DNA of 64,000 bases from an uncultured Algimonas sp. (GTDB taxonomy: Bacteria; Pseudomonadota; Alphaproteobacteria; Caulobacterales; Maricaulaceae). A program made the position numbers and the translations under genes. The notes below the pieces were generated by a model, which was given only the letters and a program-made list of their open reading frames with translations, searched no databases and was not told the origin of the DNA. The stretch spans positions 13,029 through 77,028 of the forward strand of contig CAYRMO010000001.1 of assembly GCA_964425355.1 (NCBI GenBank), written 5' to 3'. This document shows positions 46,376 through 54,990 of the stretch, one piece after another (the first letter of the stretch is position 1; every line of letters starts with the position of its first letter).

Positions 46376-47338
46376 TTAAAACGTAATCTTCACAAGGTCT
46401 GCCATCGCCTTGTCTATCGTATCATATTCAAAGCTATAGCCCGCCTCAATTGTGCGCCTTGAGCGCACAAGTTGACCTTTTAGCATGATAGATGATCTTT
46501 CCGCTCCGATGACGCGTTTCACCAACCATTCAGGTATGGACCACACGACCGGGCGGCTTAAGTGGCGTGAAAAACTCTCGGTAAATTCTCGATTATTGAC
46601 GATTCCGGGTGAGACGGCATTGTAAAGACCCTCGGTTTCAGGGTTGTCTAGTAAGAACAGCATGATCCCCGTCATGTCATCGACATGAATCCAAGGAAAC
46701 ATTTGGGTGCCCTTACCAATGACGGCGCCAACCCCCAAACAAAAGGGGAGCCGAATAATTGGCAAAAAACCGCGCGCATCCCCTATACGCCAGAGTTTGC
46801 CCAGATAAGATTTTCTTTTTATTTGCCCAAGCACGACGCCGATACGCAATCGTAAATGGCGGATACGTTCTTTATCAATGCCGTTAGCGGCGGCCTCCCA
46901 TTGACAGACAAGTTCGGCGGGAAAGTCCATCCCAATGGGCTCGGAATATTCATCTACTTCCTGAGGGTTTTCATCATCGGTGAGCTCTTTTGTACCGTAA
47001 AAGCACTTCCCTGCCGTGGACATAAAAACTTCCGGCGGCGTTTGCATGGCATTGATCGCATTGACTAATGTCTCTGTGGTTTCAATACGCGAGTTTATGA
47101 CTTCATTTCGGTAATCGTCATTCCAGCGACGGCGCGGGTTGAGAATATGCTGTCCGGCCAGGTTGATGACCGCATCGCATGGCGGCAGTCCGTTTTCGGC
47201 CACCTCTTCCCAACTTATTCGATTGTCGCCTGGATAGCGAGATATCCAAGTGACTAGATCACCGCGATCACGAAGCCGTTCTGTTAGCTCTGAGCCAATG
47301 AAACCACTACCGCCGCCTATGATGAAGTGTTTCGCCAC
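46376..47338 (-). CDS. TIGR01777/SDR39U1 family epimerase
   Basis: GGGSGFIG, NLAG, SRIETT, WEAAA, FPWIHVDD. Confidence 0.88.
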   Translation of the reverse strand: MAKHFIIGGGSGFIGSELTERLRDRGDLVTWISRYPGDNRISWEEVAENGLPPCDAVINLAGQHILNPRRRWNDDYRNEVINSRIETTETLVNAINAMQTPPEVFMSTAGKCFYGTKELTDDENPQEVDEYSEPIGMDFPAELVCQWEAAANGIDKERIRHLRLRIGVVLGQIKRKSYLGKLWRIGDARGFLPIIRLPFCLGVGAVIGKGTQMFPWIHVDDMTGIMLFLLDNPETEGLYNAVSPGIVNNREFTESFSRHLSRPVVWSIPEWLVKRVIGAERSSIMLKGQLVRSRRTIEAGYSFEYDTIDKAMADLVKITF

Positions 47339-47499
47339 CCTTATAGCCTCTATCTTTTGACCTATCTTATGTGAAACTAAGCTCTTTTATATAATATAAT
47401 CAACCTCTTTAAGTTTAGTGGCTACGACATCCATTATGGAATCATTTTCCCCGGCATTGCAGGAAAAGCAGTCATCTGTGTTGAAAGGTTTTTTTTTAG

Positions 47500-47619
47500 A
47501 TTGACCTTTTCTTGGCCATTTTTTGAGGCTTTATATTTTTTGGGCGCAAAATTCTGGGCGCAAATTGAGAATGGAATGGCCCAAAAATTGACCTTTACTT
47601 GGTCATTTTTTGAGACTTT
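47500..47619. repeat. Two 33-bp direct repeats around an inverted-repeat spacer
   Basis: 47500-47532 vs 47587-47619, 30/33 identical. Confidence 0.8.
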
Positions 47620-47641
47620 GATTCTATGAACGCAATATGCG

Positions 47642-50464
47642 CTAACCAAAGGCGTCATAGCGATGGGTAATCGCGATGGTGATTTGTCTTACCAGGTCTT
47701 TGGCTCGACCTAACGGCTTGATGACTTCATCTGCAATATGCTGAAAGCCGCCGCCTGAAACGGGGGTATCGGTTTTTTCGGATAGCGCTTGCGTCCATTC
47801 TAATTGATCGGTTTTGGCGGGGTACCTCTCGCGTAGGTCTTCAAGAATTTCATTAATCTGGAAGGTCTGCATACGCTGTAAGGCGGACAGGCGAGAGGTG
47901 GCTTCATCCGAGATAACAGGTAGATCTGTCATCAAGACCATCATTTTCATAATGACTGCAAGACGCAGGGCGTGAAGCATTGTCAATTCGTCATCTGGCG
48001 TGAAATCGACGCCATCTTCACATTGTTTGAGAAAGCGAAGGCTATCAAAAATATCTAGGCGCAACCGGTTGGCCAGATCCATGATTTGTGAGCGCCACGG
48101 CGACGCTTCAAGCGTTTCCGCAATAATCAAAGACCTGTTGGCGAGTAGCGGCTCTGCGCCCGATAGGCCTCGCGAAATCCAGAAGCCTGGGTCAAAGAGG
48201 CGTCCATAGCCGGTTAAGACTGATAGGTAAGATCGTTTTATCGTCGTGATGACCAATCCAAAGATTGATTGGGCGCGTGCAGAGCTTTCATAAAGTGCGA
48301 CGAATTTTTCAGGATCAATGCCTGCCGCGCGGCCAACACCGTAAAAGATATTAGCCGGTGTTCCGAATTGTTGCAAAATCGCATTATGCGGAATGGCACG
48401 TAATTGGCGCGGGTTGAACATGTCCGCGCCGGATCCAGATTTGGCGCGTTTAACAGCGCGGCTGCCTGTGGGAATTAGCATGTTTTGACCAAGTCCGCCT
48501 AAAAGGCCGACATAATTTGGGTCTGAATAAAGCGAGTCTTGTTCCGATCCGATGGTCCGGTAGACATCCCATGAGAAATCTTTCTCGGTATAAAAGGGAT
48601 CTTCGGCAGCCATTGCACGGTCCGCATTCCGTCCGGCGATCAGCGAGAATATCGTGGCTTTGGCCAAAACATCAGTTTGGAACCAAAGATAGCCATCACC
48701 GCCTTGGAAACTGGTTTCGTGACACAGATGAATACCGCGTTTTTCAAATTGCAGGATCGCCCAAGGGCTCATGGCATAATCGAGACGTTGTTCAATGGTT
48801 CCGGGATGTCCACCCCGGCCCAAGCCTTCACCATGGGTATTGAAAACGAGGGCCGTGACATCCTCCATTTCATATTTCGTCATTTCTCTGGCGAAATGCG
48901 ATTGAAGACGTTCAATAGCAAGGGTTGCCGGGATTTGCCCCATAAAGCGGCCCGCATCTGAAAAGCCCGTTTGGATGGCGAAGACGCCGCGCTTACGGAC
49001 ATAGTCGCGATAAACGGGATTATCGAGCATTTTACCAATAATCCGACCGCCATTATTGAGCGCATCAGCGGTTTCAAAGAGCGGAGAGATATCCAACTTA
49101 TCCGCAACGCCATAACGACGCGCGAGATATAGGACGGATAGGGGAATAAGGGCATCTTCGGTCTCCGCGATCAAGAGACGAATAGGGGCTTCACCATCAA
49201 TATATTTGAGGATTTGCGCAATCAGGATCATCTTTTCATGCGCGGTTGAGCTTTCAAGGGCGAGCGATGCGAAATTGACAGATTGAACCTCGACATTTTT
49301 TGTCATTTCAGTCGCGCGTTTCAAGACGGTACGCGTATCTGAAGAACTATCTTTCAAACCAAAAATGCCTTTGACAGCTGTCTCGACATGTCTGGCATTT
49401 AACCTGAAATGAATACGCGCCGTACCCAGGCCAAAGGCTTTCATCAAGGCGCGCAAGCAGAGGAGTTCGCGTCTGACATCATCATTGGGTGCACCCGCAA
49501 TCGCAGCTTTCAAGAGCGGCTGTAACGGCGATAAATCAACAAACCGTCGGGGCGATTGCCGCGTTAGATTGTTAGCGGCCGCGACGAGGTTATCTGTAAC
49601 ATCCAAATCTTCTTCAAATAAGGTCAGGTCGCGTTCAGCAGACGCAAGGCCGTCTTTAATGCGATTTGTTATTTGATCTATTGCGGCTTCACCCTCAGAT
49701 GAAAACTGATCATAAGATGCGATCTTGCTGACGACCTCAGTATAGCGCGCTAATTGGTCTCTTTTTTCAGACAGGCGTAGCCTTAACGCATCGCCCCAGG
49801 AAATATCGGTACGACCATCAATATCATATCCAACCCAGCTATAGGCGTCCGCGAGATGCGGTGTGAGCGTCGCCCAGTTTTTCGGAAAATGCTGCGCTGC
49901 GACCTCTAAAACGGTTTCGTTGACAGCGTTTAAGGCTGTTTGAATTCGGGTCAGGGCGGCTTGCGTATCCTCATGCTCCTCGAGCAATGTCGGCGCACGT
50001 TTGGGAAGATATGGATAGGTTTTTAACGTCTCAATAGCGTCCGTGTTTTCATCGTCAGATGAAGCAATTTCACCCAGGACTTGGCGAATATCGCGAGATA
50101 AAGAAAAAGTGGGGTGGGCCGTTAGAACAATGCCTTGGCAGGGTGTTTCAGCCCAGCTTTTGAAGGCTTCAAATCCAGCAGTCGCGTGTGTCTCTGCAAC
50201 ACCCTTTATGCGCGAGACGAGATCCTCAATCCGGTCAGCCCCAGCGCGTTTGCGCAATCTCCCAATACGGGCGATTGCACCGCGATCTGAGACCGTTTTA
50301 ACAAGCGCTTCAATATCGCGAAACGAAATTGAGCGATCTTCGACAGCCTTAGAAATATCATAGGCCAGAAGCTTAACGGGGTTAGCCTGCGGGTCAGACG
50401 CAACGGCCTGTTTATGCCCATCTAATAGGGTTTCGAGTTTGTCTCGCAGCTCTGTTGTGGTCAT
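47642..50464 (-). CDS. ppc: Phosphoenolpyruvate carboxylase (divergent)
   Basis: VLTAHPT, PLFET, GFSD, GRGG, GSR, LRAIP. Confidence 0.85.
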   Translation of the reverse strand: MTTTELRDKLETLLDGHKQAVASDPQANPVKLLAYDISKAVEDRSISFRDIEALVKTVSDRGAIARIGRLRKRAGADRIEDLVSRIKGVAETHATAGFEAFKSWAETPCQGIVLTAHPTFSLSRDIRQVLGEIASSDDENTDAIETLKTYPYLPKRAPTLLEEHEDTQAALTRIQTALNAVNETVLEVAAQHFPKNWATLTPHLADAYSWVGYDIDGRTDISWGDALRLRLSEKRDQLARYTEVVSKIASYDQFSSEGEAAIDQITNRIKDGLASAERDLTLFEEDLDVTDNLVAAANNLTRQSPRRFVDLSPLQPLLKAAIAGAPNDDVRRELLCLRALMKAFGLGTARIHFRLNARHVETAVKGIFGLKDSSSDTRTVLKRATEMTKNVEVQSVNFASLALESSTAHEKMILIAQILKYIDGEAPIRLLIAETEDALIPLSVLYLARRYGVADKLDISPLFETADALNNGGRIIGKMLDNPVYRDYVRKRGVFAIQTGFSDAGRFMGQIPATLAIERLQSHFAREMTKYEMEDVTALVFNTHGEGLGRGGHPGTIEQRLDYAMSPWAILQFEKRGIHLCHETSFQGGDGYLWFQTDVLAKATIFSLIAGRNADRAMAAEDPFYTEKDFSWDVYRTIGSEQDSLYSDPNYVGLLGGLGQNMLIPTGSRAVKRAKSGSGADMFNPRQLRAIPHNAILQQFGTPANIFYGVGRAAGIDPEKFVALYESSARAQSIFGLVITTIKRSYLSVLTGYGRLFDPGFWISRGLSGAEPLLANRSLIIAETLEASPWRSQIMDLANRLRLDIFDSLRFLKQCEDGVDFTPDDELTMLHALRLAVIMKMMVLMTDLPVISDEATSRLSALQRMQTFQINEILEDLRERYPAKTDQLEWTQALSEKTDTPVSGGGFQHIADEVIKPLGRAKDLVRQITIAITHRYDAFG

Positions 50465-50497
50465 GCGTTTGATTGGTCTAGCCTTTCGAAAAGCAGC

Positions 50498-51508
50498 TTA
50501 GAGAAATTTCGCCATCGCCGCAGCTGTATCGAGCATGCGGTTAGAAAAGCCCCATTCATTATCATACCAGCTAAGCACACGAACCATGTTTTCGCCCATA
50601 ACCACTGTCTCTTCAAGGACAACAGATGAGGAATGTGGGTCATGATTAAAATCTATAGAAACGGTTTTGTCTTTAACGACTTGTAGTACGCCGTTCAGAT
50701 CGCCGTCAGCAGCTTTTTCAAAAGCTGCGTTTATGGCGTCGAGATTGGCGGTCTTATTCGAATTGATGACAAGATCGACCGCGGACACATTTGGCGTTGG
50801 AACGCGGATCGCCTTGCCGTCTAATTTCCCATTTAGCTCAGGGAGAACGATCCCAATTGCTTTAGCCGCGCCCGTGGAGGTAGGGATCATTGACATGGCG
50901 GCCGCACGGCCTCGATTGAAATCTTTGCGATGTACGGCGTCAAGCGTTGGTTGGTCACCCGTATAGGAATGAATGGTTGTCATGAAACCTTTTTCAATAC
51001 CGACAAGATCATTCAAGACCTTTGCCAATGGGGCTAAGGCATTGGTTGTGCAAGACCCATTCGAGACGACAACATCGTCAGCCTTTAGCGTGTCGTGATT
51101 GACGCCATAAACGATAGTATTGTCAGCGCCTTTGCCAGGGGCAGAGATAAGGACACGTTTTGCCCCCGCATCTAGATGTTTTGCAGCAGCGTCGCGGGCT
51201 GTAAATATGCCGGTACACTCCAAGACAATATCGACTTTATTATCGGCCCAGTTCTGATCTTCGAGGTTTCGGATGGCTGTGACTTCAATGTCTTTGCCGC
51301 CGATATTCAGGCTATTTTCTGTAAAGCTAATCTCACCGGGATAGCGGCCATGTACAGAATCATATTTTAAAAGATGAGCCAAATTCTCTGTCGAGGCGAG
51401 GTCATTGATCGCGACAACCTCCATATCATCGCGTCCTTGTTCGATGAGCGCGCGCAAAACATTTCGTCCGATCCTGCCAAACCCATTAATTGCCAAGCGT
51501 AATGTCAT
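50498..51508 (-). CDS. gap: Glyceraldehyde-3-phosphate dehydrogenase type I
   Basis: INGFGRIGR, SCTTN, TGAAKA, WYDNEWG. Confidence 0.96.
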   Translation of the reverse strand: MTLRLAINGFGRIGRNVLRALIEQGRDDMEVVAINDLASTENLAHLLKYDSVHGRYPGEISFTENSLNIGGKDIEVTAIRNLEDQNWADNKVDIVLECTGIFTARDAAAKHLDAGAKRVLISAPGKGADNTIVYGVNHDTLKADDVVVSNGSCTTNALAPLAKVLNDLVGIEKGFMTTIHSYTGDQPTLDAVHRKDFNRGRAAAMSMIPTSTGAAKAIGIVLPELNGKLDGKAIRVPTPNVSAVDLVINSNKTANLDAINAAFEKAADGDLNGVLQVVKDKTVSIDFNHDPHSSSVVLEETVVMGENMVRVLSWYDNEWGFSNRMLDTAAAMAKFL

Positions 51509-51842
51509 CGTCTTTGTCCTTAAAACTCTCTTGAGATTTGGCTGTATCAAAAAAATTCTGACAGCGCTGTCGGAACTCATACCACACCTAAATTCGGGGC
51601 ACCAGATACAGAGACAGTTTGTGAATTACCAGTTAAAAAGAAATAGAGTTGCGCGAATAGCGCATTTTAATACAAGTCTGCGCAAGCGTGACCTAATTTT
51701 ACACTTTTTGGTGTATGTTCCGTATCAATAATAGGCATATTTCTACAATTTGGTTAGCCCAAATATATGCGTCTCGCCTGAATATGGAAGAAACCGGTAT
51801 CACAATGACGGCCAGTTACAGGACCAAGGGGTCAGATAGACT

Positions 51843-52799
51843 ATGACGATTGCAATTATCGGAGCAGGCATAGCGGGATTATCCGCGGCCACGGTTCTTA
51901 CGAGTCGCGGAAAAGAGGTTCGGATCTTTGAGAAATCTCGAGGTGTGGGTGGGCGCATGGCGACGCGTTATGCCGACACGTGGGAATTTGATCATGGTGC
52001 GCAATTTTTTACCGTCCAAGATGAAGCTTTCAAATCCGCCATAGAGGCTGCCAAAGATGCAGGCGTTGTCGCGTCTTGGGCCGCGCATGGGCTTTATCTG
52101 GATGAAAACGGTATCTCTGAAGATAGGGGGCGCCCAAGATTTGTGGGCACACCGCGTATGAATAGCTTGCCAAAATTCTGGGCGGACGAGTTGGACATCA
52201 GTTTGACAAGACGTGTTGCAAAAATTGTAAAAGGGGCGAATTGGGATCTTCATTTTGAAGACGGGACCATTGAGACGGGTTTCAACGCCGTGATATCGAC
52301 CCTTCCAGCCGCTCAAGCCAAAGCCATTCTTCCAAAGAGATCCACACTTTCAGAGCGGATCGATGATTTGCAGATGCAGGCCTGTTTCTCGCTTATGATC
52401 GGGTTTGGTCATCCACTTGACTTGGGGTGGGATACGCTTCGCGTCAAAGACTTACCGATTGACTGGATCTCGAATAATTCGTCAAAACCGGGACGACAGA
52501 AAAATGTCGGGGCGCTTTTGATTAACAGCGAGGCCCATTGGTCAGAACTATATAAAGACGCTGACCGGGAATGGGTCAAACAAACCATGGTTGATATTGC
52601 ATCCTTTGTTATAGATATCTCGCTACACGACGCGCCACATCAGGTCCTGCATCGGTGGCTATATGCATCCAATCGTTATGACACAGATATAAAATATATG
52701 TCGGATGACGGGATAATTCTGTGCGGCGATTGGTGTGAAGGTGGACGTGTTCAGGGCGCGTTTCTATCTGGGCGCGCGGCGGCTGAGCAGCTTTTGTAA
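51843..52799 (+). CDS. Renalase-like NAD(P)/FAD oxidoreductase
   Basis: GAGIAG, EKSRGVGGRMATR, DHGAQFF, CGDW, GAFLSG. Confidence 0.88.
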   Translation: MTIAIIGAGIAGLSAATVLTSRGKEVRIFEKSRGVGGRMATRYADTWEFDHGAQFFTVQDEAFKSAIEAAKDAGVVASWAAHGLYLDENGISEDRGRPRFVGTPRMNSLPKFWADELDISLTRRVAKIVKGANWDLHFEDGTIETGFNAVISTLPAAQAKAILPKRSTLSERIDDLQMQACFSLMIGFGHPLDLGWDTLRVKDLPIDWISNNSSKPGRQKNVGALLINSEAHWSELYKDADREWVKQTMVDIASFVIDISLHDAPHQVLHRWLYASNRYDTDIKYMSDDGIILCGDWCEGGRVQGAFLSGRAAAEQLL

Positions 52800-52864
52800 A
52801 AACACACATTTGTTGGCTGTGGCTTATGGACCTCCGTCCGCCTCATACATATATGATCTAGACT

Positions 52865-53326
52865 ATGACTAAAGTTGACATTTACAAAGAAACTGCTCGC
52901 GAAATTGTGGCCGTGCTTGAGGGCGAAACCAATATGGTTGCGCGTATGGCAACATTGTCATGCCTGCTTCATCAAGCCTTTGATCATTATTTCTGGACGG
53001 GGTTTTATCTGGTCGATCCTGAAAAGACCGATGAGCTGGTGGTCGGGCCCTATCAGGGGACATTGGGATGTTTGCGCATTCCCTATTCACGCGGGGTTTG
53101 CGGTGCGGCAGCGCGAACAGGTGAAGTCCAGATTGTCGAGGATGTCCATGATTTTCCCGGACATATCGCCTGTGACTCGCGAAGCCAAAGCGAGATCGTT
53201 ATTCCAGTCTATGATAAATCCGGAAAACTTTTTGGTGTCTTTGATGTCGACTCGACTGAAGTCGGGCGCTTCGATGCGGATGATGAGGCAGGATTACAAG
53301 CTATTTTGCAAGGCCTTTTTGTTTAA
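52865..53326 (+). CDS. msrC: GAF-domain free methionine-R-sulfoxide reductase
   Basis: WTGFY, GPYQG, GVCG, FPGHIACD, DVDS. Confidence 0.85.
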   Translation: MTKVDIYKETAREIVAVLEGETNMVARMATLSCLLHQAFDHYFWTGFYLVDPEKTDELVVGPYQGTLGCLRIPYSRGVCGAAARTGEVQIVEDVHDFPGHIACDSRSQSEIVIPVYDKSGKLFGVFDVDSTEVGRFDADDEAGLQAILQGLFV

Positions 53327-53949
53327 ACAAGATCATCAATCCCGTCGAGTTTTCCGCCGAGCGGTTGCGCGACGCGCCCCTCGCGCAATCGACGATGAAT
53401 AATATCAAAGGACTGCTTTACGCTTTGTGCAGATTCAATGTCATTATGCATGGTGTCGGGCGCAAAACCGGCTTTGATAATATCCCCCAAAACCTCAATC
53501 AGCCCATCCCAGAACCCGGTATCACTCAGAAAGACAATGGGTTTGTCGTGAAGGTTAAGGCGTTGCCAACTCATGACTTCAATAACTTCTTCCAATGTTC
53601 CAATGCCGCCGGGCAGAATTATAAAGGCATCCGCCAAGTTAAACATGCGCATTTTTCGCATATGCATATTATCGACAAATTCATGTTCGATATCTGTAAT
53701 GGTTTTCTCGATATCATTTAGGAAATGCGGCATTACGCCGATGACATGCGCCCCATCATCTCGGGCAGATCGAGCGGTCGCGCCCATCAAACCCAGTCCA
53801 CCTCCACCATAAACAAGGGAATGACCTTGGGCGGCAATGGCACGCCCTAGGTCTTGAGCCAGTTCCATATGAGCGACATCTTCTCCGGGCGAAGATCCAC
53901 AAAACACGCAGATCGCTAGAGATTTATGTTTAGATGATCTATTGGTCAT
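53323..53949 (-). CDS. LOG family nucleotide phosphoribohydrolase (TIGR00730)
   Basis: VFCGS, GLMG, MHMRK, PGGIGTLEE. Confidence 0.92.
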   Translation of the reverse strand: MTNRSSKHKSLAICVFCGSSPGEDVAHMELAQDLGRAIAAQGHSLVYGGGGLGLMGATARSARDDGAHVIGVMPHFLNDIEKTITDIEHEFVDNMHMRKMRMFNLADAFIILPGGIGTLEEVIEVMSWQRLNLHDKPIVFLSDTGFWDGLIEVLGDIIKAGFAPDTMHNDIESAQSVKQSFDIIHRRLREGRVAQPLGGKLDGIDDLV

Positions 53950-54015
53950 GAGCGGGATTTCATTTGCAGCTATTGGTGAGCGTGTTAGTCCAAACCAAAG
54001 GAGATAAGCAAGACC

Positions 54016-54990
54016 GTGAATACATCTTCAAATGAAGGCGTGAAAAGCCGCCAAAAACGACGCTTGTTCTGGATTTTGATCGCCGGAATTGGTCTTGCCG
54101 TTTTTATTTTTGTCGCAATTCTTTATAGCGATACGCGGCGTGAAAAAACGCCTGACAGCGAAGTGGAAACGAAATCCGCCCGGTCTGAGTCTATCGGGGT
54201 AACCCCGCCGAGTTTTCGCCAAATTACGGAATTTTCTGAAAATAATATACCTCGCTTGCGGATATTGGGCCAGGCTGAGCCTGGCGCCGTGATCATCATA
54301 TCGAATCGCGGGGAACGCATGCGACAGGTGCGAACAAATGAACAAGGACAATGGGGTCTGACATTGAGTATTAGCCCAAATCCCATGGTGCTTGAGGCGC
54401 AACTATATACATCTGAAACTGGACCCAGCATTCGATCAGAAGAGGCCATCTTCCGTGTACCCGTTCCAACGGAGGACGATATTGCGACATCGAATTTTAT
54501 CACCCCGGCTTTGATTATGGTCACGGCGCCTGGTCGACCAACACGTATTATCCAGTCACCTTTTGGTGGAGCCCCGACATCTGGCCCATTGACACTCTCC
54601 GCCATTGATTATGACGATGCTGGTGGGGTAATAATTACGGGCGTTAGCGCGCAGCCAGGCCGGATTCGCTTATATGCACAAGACAATGTGGTTGGTGAGA
54701 CGGGCATAAGTGTTGGGGGCCGTTGGAGCTATATTGCAGGCCGTATGTTACCGCGAGGCGAATGGGAAATTCGCGCAGAACTTATCCCGGCCGATGAAAG
54801 TCAAAACGCTGAAGGGGACAGGCCAAGCGTTTCTGTACCGTTTGCGCTCTTACCCCCTTTACGGGCACAAGATAATGAAAGCGCGACAACCTCAGTAAAT
54901 TATCAACCGCTATATTGGCAGGTCAGGCGTACATTGGTTGGTGGCGGTGGGCAGTCTACCGTCGTCTTTTCGCCTGAGGTCGCGGAGTAA
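54016..54990 (+). CDS. Membrane-anchored Ig-like-domain protein
   Basis: N-terminal TM, GQAEPGA, GQW, IDYDDAG, GRW. Confidence 0.7.
   Translation: MNTSSNEGVKSRQKRRLFWILIAGIGLAVFIFVAILYSDTRREKTPDSEVETKSARSESIGVTPPSFRQITEFSENNIPRLRILGQAEPGAVIIISNRGERMRQVRTNEQGQWGLTLSISPNPMVLEAQLYTSETGPSIRSEEAIFRVPVPTEDDIATSNFITPALIMVTAPGRPTRIIQSPFGGAPTSGPLTLSAIDYDDAGGVIITGVSAQPGRIRLYAQDNVVGETGISVGGRWSYIAGRMLPRGEWEIRAELIPADESQNAEGDRPSVSVPFALLPPLRAQDNESATTSVNYQPLYWQVRRTLVGGGGQSTVVFSPEVAE

Noticed and set aside
47500-47619. Mini CRISPR array
   Set aside because: Only two imperfect repeats, a 54-bp self-structured spacer and no cas genes in the window
47434-47658. 74-aa ORF with repeated KxSKNxQxKVN
   Set aside because: The peptide repeat follows from the DNA repeat; overlaps the ppc end and has no clear RBS
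51580-51842. RpoE-ChrR promoter upstream of the renalase-like/msrC operon
   Set aside because: Functionally plausible, but no convincing TGATCC...CGTA match
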